A stretch of 64,000 nucleotides of DNA from NCBI GenBank assembly GCA_041615815.1, contig JBFJCP010000011.1:1-64000 (forward strand), written 5' to 3'. Source of the stretch: Gemmatimonadales bacterium. Its GTDB lineage: Bacteria; Gemmatimonadota; Gemmatimonadetes; Gemmatimonadales; GWC2-71-9. The notes under the pieces were generated by a model, which was not told the origin of the DNA, did not search any database, and saw only the letters and a list, made by a program, of their open reading frames with translations. Position 1 is the stretch's first letter. Each line of letters begins with the position of its first letter. Positions 19,472 through 28,548 of this stretch are shown in pieces. The translations under genes were made by a program, and so were the position numbers.

Positions 19472-21271
19472 ATGCCCGACACGCGAGCCCTGGCGCCAGC
19501 GCATCTTACTCGTCGTCTGAGCGTCGAGACGCCGGAACACGTGGTCCTGGAATTCGAACTGGCCGGGATCGGCTCCCGGGCGGCCGCCGCCGTCTTGGAC
19601 GCCCTCGTCGTCACCGGCCTCCTCCTGCTGTTTGCCGCCGCAGGGGAACTGATCGCGGGCCTGTTTCACCTATCGGTGTTCGTGGGAGGATGGGCGGCTG
19701 CGGTCTTCGTAGCGGCCTGGTTTCTGTTCCTCTGGGGATACTTCGTGCTCTTCGAGTTCCTCGCCAACGGCCGGACGCCGGGTAAGCGTAGCATTGGTAT
19801 TCGCGTGGTGAGCGATACCGGACATGCCGTAACGCTCTCAGCGGCCGTAGTCCGAAACCTCGTACGCATGGTCGATGTACAGCCCGCACCAGCGTATCTC
19901 GTCGGACTCCTCTTCGTGTTCTTCCACACGCAGAACAAGCGACTTGGCGATATCGTGGCCGGGACCATCGTGGTGCGAGATCGCGCCGAGGACCTGGAGC
20001 TCGCAATGCCGGAGTCCGCCCCGGGAACCGAGCCCATGGGTGCTGGTGCACCCGAGCTAGCGGATGACGAGTTTCGACTGTTGGAGCAGGTGATTCAGCG
20101 CCTCGAGTCGCTCGACGGCACCATCCGCCAGCGGCTCCTCGCCGACCTCGAGCATCGTTTTGCACCGCGGTATCCGAACCGTCATCGCCTTCGCGAAATC
20201 TTCCTCACGGATCTGTACGAGGCCGAGGCGGCACGGCGGCGCGGCGTTCTCGGGGTCGGGCGCAAGACGGCGAGCGCCCGCGCCGGCGCGGACCGCTTCG
20301 TGGCCCTGAAGCGCGGGGCGTGGGAAGCATTTCGCGTACAGGCGACCGCGGTGGAGCGCACGGGATTGCGACGACTGTCCGGCGAGGAGCTCACCGCATT
20401 CGCAGCCGCGTATCGGGAAGTGGCAGCCGATCTTGCCCGCGCCCGTACGTATGGCGTCGATTCTCGTGTCCTCGACTACTTGGCGAGAGTCGTGAGCGCT
20501 GGACACAACGCGCTTTATGGCGTCCGACGTAGCGCCAGGCTTCATGTCGGGAACTTGCTCCTGAAACGCCTCCCGGGGGCAGTGTACCGAGGGCGCCGCT
20601 ACGCGCTCGTCGCTTTCGGGACCTTCGCCTTACCGGCCATCGCCGGTTATTCCCTGATTCGCGAACGTCCTTCCATCGCGTACGAGATCATCCCCGATGG
20701 CATGATCGCGCGGGCGGAATCGGGGGTGCGCCAATCCGAGGCAGGTCGCGGATATGCCGAAGCCCCATCACCCTATCTACCCATGGTCGCGTCGGGCATC
20801 ATCACGAACAATGTGCAAGTGGCTTTCGGGGCATTCGCGTTTGGCATTACCGCCGGCCTCGGAACCATGCTGCTCCTCGTCTTTAATGGCCTCTTTTTTG
20901 GCGCCGTGATAGGCTTATTCGTGAACTACGGCCTCGGAGCCTGGCTCCTCACCTTCGTCGCCGGGCATGGCGTCCTGGAGCTCACGGCCATTTTCATTGC
21001 TGGCGGCGCCGGTCTGCGAATCGCTCGTGCGCTGGTGGCTCCTGGGGATCTCGCTCGTCGTGATGCATTGGTGGTCGGGGGGCGCCTCGCCGTCGAAATG
21101 CTTGGCGCCGCCGCGGGCCTACTCGTCGTCGCGGGGATGATCGAGGGCTTCATCTCTGCCAGCGGGCTCCCCGCCACCCTCAAACTGACCGTGAGCCTCG
21201 CCACCGCCGTGCTGCTCGTGCTGCTCACCGTGCAAGGCCGGCGCGTGGCGAGGGAGCAGAGCGCCGTCTAG
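19472..21271 (+). CDS. RDD domain fused to SpoIIM (stage II sporulation M-like) membrane domain
   Basis: N-terminal ETPEHV.LEFELAGIGSR, GRTPGKR, RLGDIVAGT (RDD); C-terminal IITNNVQVAF, HGVLELTAI, AGMIEGFIS (SpoIIM). Confidence 0.88.
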   Translation: MPDTRALAPAHLTRRLSVETPEHVVLEFELAGIGSRAAAAVLDALVVTGLLLLFAAAGELIAGLFHLSVFVGGWAAAVFVAAWFLFLWGYFVLFEFLANGRTPGKRSIGIRVVSDTGHAVTLSAAVVRNLVRMVDVQPAPAYLVGLLFVFFHTQNKRLGDIVAGTIVVRDRAEDLELAMPESAPGTEPMGAGAPELADDEFRLLEQVIQRLESLDGTIRQRLLADLEHRFAPRYPNRHRLREIFLTDLYEAEAARRRGVLGVGRKTASARAGADRFVALKRGAWEAFRVQATAVERTGLRRLSGEELTAFAAAYREVAADLARARTYGVDSRVLDYLARVVSAGHNALYGVRRSARLHVGNLLLKRLPGAVYRGRRYALVAFGTFALPAIAGYSLIRERPSIAYEIIPDGMIARAESGVRQSEAGRGYAEAPSPYLPMVASGIITNNVQVAFGAFAFGITAGLGTMLLLVFNGLFFGAVIGLFVNYGLGAWLLTFVAGHGVLELTAIFIAGGAGLRIARALVAPGDLARRDALVVGGRLAVEMLGAAAGLLVVAGMIEGFISASGLPATLKLTVSLATAVLLVLLTVQGRRVAREQSAV

Positions 21272-21858
21272 CTCGCTTTTCTCAGGGGTACGCGGACACG
21301 AGTGTGCTCCCACTCCAATACCAGCGCCGCTCCCCCATCCATAGACTCCGTCCTGATAGTGAAGGTCTCGACGTGCTGCTCGGTCCGTTCACTCACTACG
21401 GTTGCGCGGCCAAGTTCCTGCGCCGCCACGGCACCGGTGTAGTTCCGCTCGTGACCCCATTGGTCGATGGACGCATTCACGAGGATCTGCCACTGGCTCT
21501 CGCCGGGCACGCTATACAAAGAGTACGTTCCGGGCTCGACCGAGACGTCGCCAATGACCAACGGGATCGTGGTATGAATCATCGTGGGCTCGTTGGCGCC
21601 GGTCCGCCACACCTTGCCGTACGGAACGTTGGTGCCACCGAGCATGGTGCGTCCCCGCGCGGACGGCCTCCCATAGCAGACCTTGACGGTGGCCCCATCT
21701 ACGGTAAACGACAACGAATCGAGCGGGCTCCTACGTGAGTCGACGTTGGCGCTCATCACGATGCAACTCGTGTCGCTTGGCGCCGTGGGAACGAGCTCAG
21801 AAATCGTGAGAACCGGAGCGGCGTTGAGAGCCAGCAGCGTGGTAGTGATGACGAACAC
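21268..21858 (-). CDS. DUF2911 domain exported protein
   Basis: YGRPSARGR, VPYGKVWRTGANEPT, GTYSLYSVP, LEWEHTRV. Confidence 0.88.
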   Translation of the reverse strand: MFVITTTLLALNAAPVLTISELVPTAPSDTSCIVMSANVDSRRSPLDSLSFTVDGATVKVCYGRPSARGRTMLGGTNVPYGKVWRTGANEPTMIHTTIPLVIGDVSVEPGTYSLYSVPGESQWQILVNASIDQWGHERNYTGAVAAQELGRATVVSERTEQHVETFTIRTESMDGGAALVLEWEHTRVRVPLRKAS

Positions 21859-21990
21859 GATCTTCCCCCGTGAAGGTTGGAGTCACAATACCCAAAAGAT
21901 AGCGAACCCGCCGGTGTCGCGCTGCACCATTCTCTCTCGCCGGTGTATACTTCGCAACCCCGATAGAGCCCATGACGCTAGGAGTGTCAG

Positions 21991-22530
21991 ATGCGAATCA
22001 CGGGAATTGCGACTGCCCTACTCGTGATACTCGCGGGACCGGGCAGGGCTCAGGTGACTCCATCTCCCTACGCCGGGCAGGAGAACCGCGAGATCAAGGC
22101 TCTCGCACCTGAAGAGATGGCGGCCTACCTGGCTGGCGATGGGTTGGGTTTTGCAAAGGCCGCTGAGTTGAACGGTTACCCTGGCCCGCGGCATGTTCTC
22201 GAGTTGGCGAGCCCGCTGGGGCTCACCTTGCCACAACGCGAGCACGTGCGGTCGATCTTCGATGCCATGCAAATCGAGGCGAAGCGGCTCGGTGCCGAGG
22301 TCGTCGCGGCGGAGCGGCGGCTCGATGGACTGTTCGCCAACGCCGAGATCGACGAGCCACAGCTCCTTGATGCCGTAGCCGGCATTGCCGTCCTCCAGGG
22401 TCGCCTCCGCGTGGCTCACCTCCAGGCTCACCTTCGTGTGAAACGGGTGCTGACCCCGGAGCAGGTCGCGCACTACGATCGGCTCCGGGGTTACGGAGAT
22501 GGGCAGCCACATGTTCACCCCGACCCATAA
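21991..22530 (+). CDS. Spy/CpxP-like periplasmic protein
   Basis: Signal peptide; SPYAGQ..R.IKAL, AAELNGYPGP.HVLEL, LTPEQ...Y..LRGY. Confidence 0.75.
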   Translation: MRITGIATALLVILAGPGRAQVTPSPYAGQENREIKALAPEEMAAYLAGDGLGFAKAAELNGYPGPRHVLELASPLGLTLPQREHVRSIFDAMQIEAKRLGAEVVAAERRLDGLFANAEIDEPQLLDAVAGIAVLQGRLRVAHLQAHLRVKRVLTPEQVAHYDRLRGYGDGQPHVHPDP

Positions 22531-22538
22531 GTCAGGGA

Positions 22539-23768
22539 ATGGCGGAAACCCAATACCTCGTGATCGGTGGTGGGCTCGCCGCGAGCCGGGCCGCCGAACA
22601 GCTACGCAAGCACGACCCCACGGCAACGATCACCATGGTGTCTGGGGAGCCTCACGTCCCCTATGATCGGCCACCGCTCTCGAAGGAGTTTCTCCGCGGC
22701 GAGAAAACGCGAGCGGATCTGATATACGCTTCGCGAGAACAACTCGACGATCGACGAATCGATCTCCGGCTGGGAACCGAGGTGACCGAGATCGACCTCG
22801 ACGGCAAGATGGCGCGGCTGTCCGACGAGGACACGATCATCTTCGACAAAGCATTGATCGCGACTGGCGGCCGACCGCGCCGGCCCCACATCCCAGGAGA
22901 TGATTGCGACGGCCTCCATGTGCTTCGCACCATCGATGACGCAGCTGCGCTAGCGGCGGACAGCGGTCGTGATCGAGAGATCGTGATCCTCGGGGCCGGA
23001 TTCATCGGACTCGAGGCCGCCGCCTCGCTGACGCAATGTGGCGCTAGGGTTACGGTCATTGAAGCGGCCGATCGCGTGTGGTCCAAGTTTGCCGATCCCC
23101 AGCTGGCGGATTTCGTGCAAGCGTATTGTCGTGCCCGTGGCATTCAGTTCGATCTGGACAACACCGTAACCCGCATCGAGGGCAACGGCGGGCGCGTCAC
23201 TGGCGTGCACACCCGTGCCGGCACCGAGCACGCCTGTGACGCAATCTTGTACGCCGTCGGGATCACGCCCAACGTCGAGCTCGCTGCCCGAGCGGGGCTC
23301 GACATTGACGACGGGATTGTCGTCAACGCCCGGATGGCCACGTCACATCCCGATGTGTTCGCCGCAGGCGACGTCGTGAATTTTCCGGATCCCGTTTTCA
23401 ACAAGCGTCGACGCATCGAGCATTGGGGCCATGCCGAGTACGGTGGGCAGCTTGCCGGTCAGAACATGTCAGGGGCAGACAAGGAGTACGACGCGGTAAG
23501 CTATGTGTGGTCCGATATTTTCGACCTCCACCTCGAGTTCGCGGGAGATGAGTTCGAACACGATCAAACCATCGTTCGCGGAAACATCGGCGAAGGTCGA
23601 TTCACCGTCCTGTACATGAGGAGGGAGCGGCTCACGGCCTACTTTTCGATCAACGGATCGGCCAAGGAGTTCTCCCCCCTCAAGAAGTTGATCCGCGGAC
23701 ATGTCGATCTTGCCGGAAAAACGAAACAACTTCGTGATCCCGACGTCTCCCTCCGTACGCTCTTGTGA
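22539..23768 (+). CDS. FAD-dependent NAD(P)H:ferredoxin reductase-like oxidoreductase
   Basis: IGGGLA, PYDRPPLSK, ATG, GAGFIGLE, VFAAGD, RIEHW, WSD. Confidence 0.9.
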   Translation: MAETQYLVIGGGLAASRAAEQLRKHDPTATITMVSGEPHVPYDRPPLSKEFLRGEKTRADLIYASREQLDDRRIDLRLGTEVTEIDLDGKMARLSDEDTIIFDKALIATGGRPRRPHIPGDDCDGLHVLRTIDDAAALAADSGRDREIVILGAGFIGLEAAASLTQCGARVTVIEAADRVWSKFADPQLADFVQAYCRARGIQFDLDNTVTRIEGNGGRVTGVHTRAGTEHACDAILYAVGITPNVELAARAGLDIDDGIVVNARMATSHPDVFAAGDVVNFPDPVFNKRRRIEHWGHAEYGGQLAGQNMSGADKEYDAVSYVWSDIFDLHLEFAGDEFEHDQTIVRGNIGEGRFTVLYMRRERLTAYFSINGSAKEFSPLKKLIRGHVDLAGKTKQLRDPDVSLRTLL

Positions 23769-23949
23769 CCATTATCACAGCCACCCCCTCTCCCTCACAC
23801 CAATGCTAGACTTCCGGAAGATGGGTCCCGGGGACTCCTGGTCCCACCAGTATCCCGTTCCGGGGCATAGCGATTGGCGAAATGCCCGACCCGGTGGCCT
23901 AAGGCCAACGTTGCCAAAGAGTTGAAAACCCCGCACCGGGGCATTACTC

Positions 23950-23965
23950 CGGTGCGGAATTTGCT
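23950..23965 (+). promoter_or_regulatory. Putative sigma54 (-24/-12) promoter for the pilin operon
   Basis: cGGtgcggaatttGCt: GG 23951-23952, exactly 10 nt, GC 23963-23964 preceded by TT. Confidence 0.45.
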
Positions 23966-23981
23966 CTATTATTGAAAGAGA

Positions 23982-24455
23982 ATGAGCATCGTGACGCCGC
24001 AGCTACGGCGCGGACGATCGAGCGGGTACACGTTCATCGAATTGGCGGTCGTCCTCGCTATCGTCAGCGTCCTCACCGCACTCGCCTATTGGCGAATGGG
24101 CCCGGGCCTCATGCAGGCGCGGGTGAATCGGGCGGCGTGGACGATTGCCGCAGACCTCCAGTACGCCCAGGGCAAGGCCGCCCGCGAACGACGTCCCGTG
24201 GTGATGATCGTCACGCCGTCGCTCAGGAGTTACACGATTCGGGACCAGGCAACGGCCGAGGTGTTTCGTGAGCGGTTCCTCGGCGCGGACACCGACTTTC
24301 AGCTCGATTCGCTCATTGCATCTCCCAGTAGTTCGTTGGAAGTGTTTCCCACTGGGGTCGTCCGTGAGACTACGACTTTCCGTGTGACGCTCGGCGGGTA
24401 CGACCGCGCGGTCCGGGTGACTCGTGCAGGACAGATTCGCATTACCAGTGGCTGA
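23982..24455 (+). CDS. Type IV minor pilin, FimT/GspH-like
   Basis: Prepilin site G|YTFIE plus hydrophobic helix; C-terminal VTRAGQIR. Confidence 0.85.
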   Translation: MSIVTPQLRRGRSSGYTFIELAVVLAIVSVLTALAYWRMGPGLMQARVNRAAWTIAADLQYAQGKAARERRPVVMIVTPSLRSYTIRDQATAEVFRERFLGADTDFQLDSLIASPSSSLEVFPTGVVRETTTFRVTLGGYDRAVRVTRAGQIRITSG

Positions 24456-24855
24456 CCGCTCCGGCGGCGAGGCCGGCGTGTCGCTCATCGAGATCATGCT
24501 GGCACTCAGCATCTTGAGCGTCGTGCTCATCGGGTTGGGTGGTCTCATGTTCCAATCGGCCCGGCACACGAGGCAGTCCGCCGCGGTGGCGTACCGCAGC
24601 TCAGCCATCACGTCCGCCGAAGGGTGGAGTCGAGCCATGCCGTGGGACAGCGCACCGGCGGCCATTGGCTGTACCGACAGCCTGACTACCGGCCAGCTGA
24701 TGTACACGCGGTGTGTAGAGCTCCCTGTGAACACTCCACGGTATCAGCAGATTCGCATCATCATCACGCCCACCGGGAACTTGTTCGCCAAGCCGGACAC
24801 CGTGATCATCGATCGCAACCGCTCGCGCTCCCCATCACCGTTCAACGCCAATTGA
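24448..24855 (+). CDS. Type IV minor pilin, PilV-like
   Basis: G|VSLIEIMLAL prepilin motif; GTG start overlapping previous gene. Confidence 0.8.
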   Translation: MADRSGGEAGVSLIEIMLALSILSVVLIGLGGLMFQSARHTRQSAAVAYRSSAITSAEGWSRAMPWDSAPAAIGCTDSLTTGQLMYTRCVELPVNTPRYQQIRIIITPTGNLFAKPDTVIIDRNRSRSPSPFNAN

Positions 24856-25679
24856 GTCGCCGGGGCTTTACTCTCACCGAGTTGTTGATCGCGATGATCG
24901 TCCTCGCGATCCTCGGCACCGTGCTCACTCGCCTCCTCGTAGACGATTCCAAATTCGTGAGTCGACAGGATGCGATGATGAGCGCACGGCAAGCCGCGCG
25001 GGCCGCCATGAATACCATGGTGCACGAGTTGCGGATGGTATCCGATGGCGGTTTGGTAGCTGCGTCCAATGACAGCGTCAGGTTTCGGATGCCCTACGTG
25101 TTCGGGATGGCCTGTCAGCAGGCGGGAATCGACGTCATCGCTTCGCTCACGCCGCCCGACTCTCTCATGTACGCCAACGCCACTCCCAGCGGGATGGCGC
25201 GCCGCAATGGGAGCAGTGGGTACATTTTCGCCGCCGGAGTAGGTGTTGCGCCTTCCGGTAATCAGGCCGCCTGTGACGCAGACAGCATCCGGGTAATCCC
25301 TGGTGGCAGTCTCGTCGCCATTTCCGGGCTCGCGGGACCACAGATCCCTGCACCCGGCACGCTGATCTACCTGTATCAAACTGTCTCGTACAAATTCGAC
25401 AATTCCGTGGATCTGCCTGGACGGATTGGTCTTTGGCGGCGCGCGGGAACGGCGGCCTACGAGGAGCTGGTGGCGCCGTTTGATAGCGCCGCCGGATTCC
25501 AGTGCCTGACCGGACCGGGATTACTAGTGGAAACCTGCCCCCCGGCCGGGGGGATCCCCGCCGTCCGTGGCATCGAGCTCCGCCTCGTAGGCGCCAGCGA
25601 GCAAACGCCCCGAGGCGAAGACGGGCCACAGACGTTCGCGGTAGCCACGCAAGTGACCTTCTTGAACAAGGTGAATTGA
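24852..25679 (+). CDS. Type IV minor pilin, PilW-like
   Basis: G|FTLTELLIAM; AMNTMVHELRM helix; TTGA overlap. Confidence 0.83.
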   Translation: MSRRGFTLTELLIAMIVLAILGTVLTRLLVDDSKFVSRQDAMMSARQAARAAMNTMVHELRMVSDGGLVAASNDSVRFRMPYVFGMACQQAGIDVIASLTPPDSLMYANATPSGMARRNGSSGYIFAAGVGVAPSGNQAACDADSIRVIPGGSLVAISGLAGPQIPAPGTLIYLYQTVSYKFDNSVDLPGRIGLWRRAGTAAYEELVAPFDSAAGFQCLTGPGLLVETCPPAGGIPAVRGIELRLVGASEQTPRGEDGPQTFAVATQVTFLNKVN

Positions 25680-26737
25680 TGCGGTGCCGCGAAGGGGGAT
25701 TCGCGCTCCCGGTCACGATCTTCCTCGTCACGCTCGTGACCATCATGCTGGCAGCGGTATTCGTGCGGGTGTCCGAAGATCGGCGCATGGCCGAAACCAC
25801 CGGTGCCACGGTGGACGCCGTCGCGATCGCGCACAGTGGTCTCCAACGCTATTTCTCGCACTACGATTCCCTCAACATTCGTCCGCCCGACGGCGATTCC
25901 CTCCGTTTCAACGTTACCGGCGGGTATGCGGACGTCGTGGCCCATTTCGTTCAACGACCGGCCGACACGTTGCTCCGCCAGACCTACATCGTGCGATCGT
26001 CTGCGCGCGTCATCGAGCCCTCGGCAGGTGCCGATCCGCAAGCAGTGCGCACCGTCGCCCAGTTCGCGCAGTGGCAGACGGCCAACATCGATGATCTGGT
26101 GGGTGCGTTCACGGCAGCAAACGGTGTCCGCCGCATCAACGGAGGTCTGATTCGGATATACGGGTGGGACAATTGTGGCGTCGCACCGAGCATGCACGGG
26201 CTTCGGGCGCCCATGGGGCCGCTACCGCCACTCCCGTGGCCGAACGGCGATCTCCAGGGTGTCCCGACACCTGTTTGGGAAGGTGGCAATGGTTATAACG
26301 TGGCCACCCAGACGGACATCGACTGGCCCACGATCGTTACCGGTGGCTTCACACCTGATTACACAACCGTGCAGTTCGCAGACTCGAGCTTCTCTTCCCA
26401 GATGATCTACGGCAATCTCGTGCTCGCCGATACGTGGGGGACGGGCCTGCTGATTGTCACTGGCGATTTGATCATCCAGGGCACGCAGGTGGATTGGCAG
26501 GGCGTGATTCTCGTGGGTGGTGAGATAGTGTTCAATGCAGCTGTGACAAATGTGGAAGGCCTCGTGGTCAGCGGCCTCGACGAATTACTCGGCGGAATGA
26601 ATCCTCCCCGCGGCGACCTCGGCGGCACCGTCATCGATATCCGGTACGATTCGTGCGACGTCATGAGTGCGCTTCAGTCGCTCACGGGTTTCAGTCCCGT
26701 GTCCAACGCATGGGTGGATAATTGGGCGACCTACTGA
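25679..26737 (+). CDS. PilX/GspK-like minor pilin, copy 1
   Basis: G|FALPV with no Glu5; A.AIAHSGL; C-terminal G.LIVTGDL...GVILVGG repeats; TGATG overlap. Confidence 0.78.
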   Translation: MRCREGGFALPVTIFLVTLVTIMLAAVFVRVSEDRRMAETTGATVDAVAIAHSGLQRYFSHYDSLNIRPPDGDSLRFNVTGGYADVVAHFVQRPADTLLRQTYIVRSSARVIEPSAGADPQAVRTVAQFAQWQTANIDDLVGAFTAANGVRRINGGLIRIYGWDNCGVAPSMHGLRAPMGPLPPLPWPNGDLQGVPTPVWEGGNGYNVATQTDIDWPTIVTGGFTPDYTTVQFADSSFSSQMIYGNLVLADTWGTGLLIVTGDLIIQGTQVDWQGVILVGGEIVFNAAVTNVEGLVVSGLDELLGGMNPPRGDLGGTVIDIRYDSCDVMSALQSLTGFSPVSNAWVDNWATY

Positions 26738-26782
26738 GCCTGGAGCGGCAAATGCAGCGCGAACGCGACAGGAGGGTTTCCG

Positions 26783-27838
26783 TTGGTGGCGCCGATGCAG
26801 CGCGAGTCTGGATTCGCGCTTCCAGTTTCCATTTTTGTTGTGACACTCGTCACAATCATGCTTGCCGCGATCTTCGTACGGGTCGAGGCCGATCGACGAA
26901 TCGCGGAAGGCAGCGGCGTAACGATCAACGCCGTCGCCATTGCACATAGCGGTCTCCAACGGTATTTCGCCCACTACGATAGCCTGGGTACCAGACCACC
27001 GGACGGCGACTCGCTGCGGATCAATGTGAGCGGCGGCTACGCAGATGTGGTCGCCTACTTCATGCAACGTCCAGCAGACACGACCGCCAACCGCATGTAC
27101 GTCGTACGTTCCACGGGCGTGGTCATCGATCCGCTACTGGGTTCGGACCCCCAGGCGCGACGCACCGTCGCTCAGTTCGCGAGATGGCAAACCGGAACGA
27201 TGGATGTGCTGGCCGCCTTCACCGCCGCCAACGAGTTCGATCCCCCGGTCGATGATCCCGGGACACTCGATATCCGCGGCGCCGATCAATGCGGCATGCG
27301 CCCACCGGCAGCGGGAGTCCGAGTGCCGGGAAGCGCGCCCGCGTACCCACCGGGGGTTACTGGCACACCGCCGTCACAGGACGGCGGTACGCACCTCTTC
27401 GTTGCCAACCTGACGGATGTGGATTGGTCCGCGGTGCTGGGCGGTGACTTCGTGCCGGACTACACGGCCCTCGTCAACCTCAACACCTGGTCATCCTATC
27501 TCATTGACGGCGACGCGATCCTCAACACTCCAGATGGCAGCGGGTTCCTGGTCGTAACCGGCGATCTCACCATTGGTGGGGCGGGATCCGCGTGGCGCGG
27601 TGTCATTCTCGTGGGGGGGAACATCATCTTCGGCGGTACCACGAACGACTTCCGCGGCCTCGTGATCTCGGGACTCAATTACCAGACGGGCCCCGTACCG
27701 GACGATGGCGTGTGGGGCGGCGATGGAACCGTCACCCGCATCTGGTATCACTCTTGTTTCATCGACAGTGCCCTCGTGGGCGTGTCCGGATTCGCTCCCA
27801 TTCCCAACGCCTGGGTCGACAACTGGTCCACCTACTAG
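26783..27838 (+). CDS. PilX/GspK-like minor pilin, copy 2 (tandem paralog)
   Basis: Near-identical N-terminus and NAWVDNW.TY end to copy 1; start may be 26786 or 26795. Confidence 0.78.
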   Translation: MVAPMQRESGFALPVSIFVVTLVTIMLAAIFVRVEADRRIAEGSGVTINAVAIAHSGLQRYFAHYDSLGTRPPDGDSLRINVSGGYADVVAYFMQRPADTTANRMYVVRSTGVVIDPLLGSDPQARRTVAQFARWQTGTMDVLAAFTAANEFDPPVDDPGTLDIRGADQCGMRPPAAGVRVPGSAPAYPPGVTGTPPSQDGGTHLFVANLTDVDWSAVLGGDFVPDYTALVNLNTWSSYLIDGDAILNTPDGSGFLVVTGDLTIGGAGSAWRGVILVGGNIIFGGTTNDFRGLVISGLNYQTGPVPDDGVWGGDGTVTRIWYHSCFIDSALVGVSGFAPIPNAWVDNWSTY

Positions 27839-27893
27839 ACCCGCCGCGTCGCACTCGGTAACATTCCGCCGGTTCCAACAAAACTCTCGACAA

Positions 27894-28517
27894 ATGCAAG
27901 CGTGGAAGTCACCCGGGTTGCGGGCGTGCTGTAGCGTCGTTGGTTGCCTCCTCATGTGGGCGTGCGGCCCAGGGCAGGCGGAGGAGTCGGCATTCCGAGG
28001 CATCGTACTGCCCCAACCGTGGCCAAAGGTTCCGTTTACGCTCACGGCTACGGATGGCTCGTCGTTCGATTTTCGCCGTGAGACTGACGGTCATGTCACA
28101 CTCCTGTTCTTCGGCTACACCCACTGCCCTGATATCTGTCCCGTTCACATGGCCAACATTGCTGCCGTGTTGCACGAGCTCCCGCCGAGTGTCAGCGGTC
28201 AGGTCAAGGTCGTGTTCGTCTCCACGGATCCGGACCGTGATACCCCCGAGCGCCTACACGACTGGTTGGCGCAGTTCGACCGGGACTTCATTGGTCTCCG
28301 GGGACCGCTCGCGACGGTGAACGAAATCCAACGAGAGATCGGCTTGGCCCCAGCCATCATCGAGAACAAGGAGGGAGAGTATCTGGTTGCGCATGCCGCG
28401 CAGGTCGTCGCCTACACCAAGGACAACCGCGCGCACCTGGTGTACCCGTTCGGGACGCGGCAGGTGGATTGGGCACACGACATCCCGAAGCTCGTTCGAT
28501 CGTGGACATCACCATGA
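27894..28517 (+). CDS. SCO1/SenC family copper chaperone
   Basis: FFGYTHCPDICP (CxxxC), STDPDRDTP, conserved His in VAH. Confidence 0.92.
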   Translation: MQAWKSPGLRACCSVVGCLLMWACGPGQAEESAFRGIVLPQPWPKVPFTLTATDGSSFDFRRETDGHVTLLFFGYTHCPDICPVHMANIAAVLHELPPSVSGQVKVVFVSTDPDRDTPERLHDWLAQFDRDFIGLRGPLATVNEIQREIGLAPAIIENKEGEYLVAHAAQVVAYTKDNRAHLVYPFGTRQVDWAHDIPKLVRSWTSP

Positions 28518-28548
28518 ATCACGCGCAACCACTACCACAGCACCTTCC

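Noticed and set aside
26752..26805. 11-bp direct repeat ATGCAGCGCGA around the second PilX start, with an alternative-frame ORF
   Set aside because: Too short to support a recombination or frameshift mechanism; may be a duplication scar
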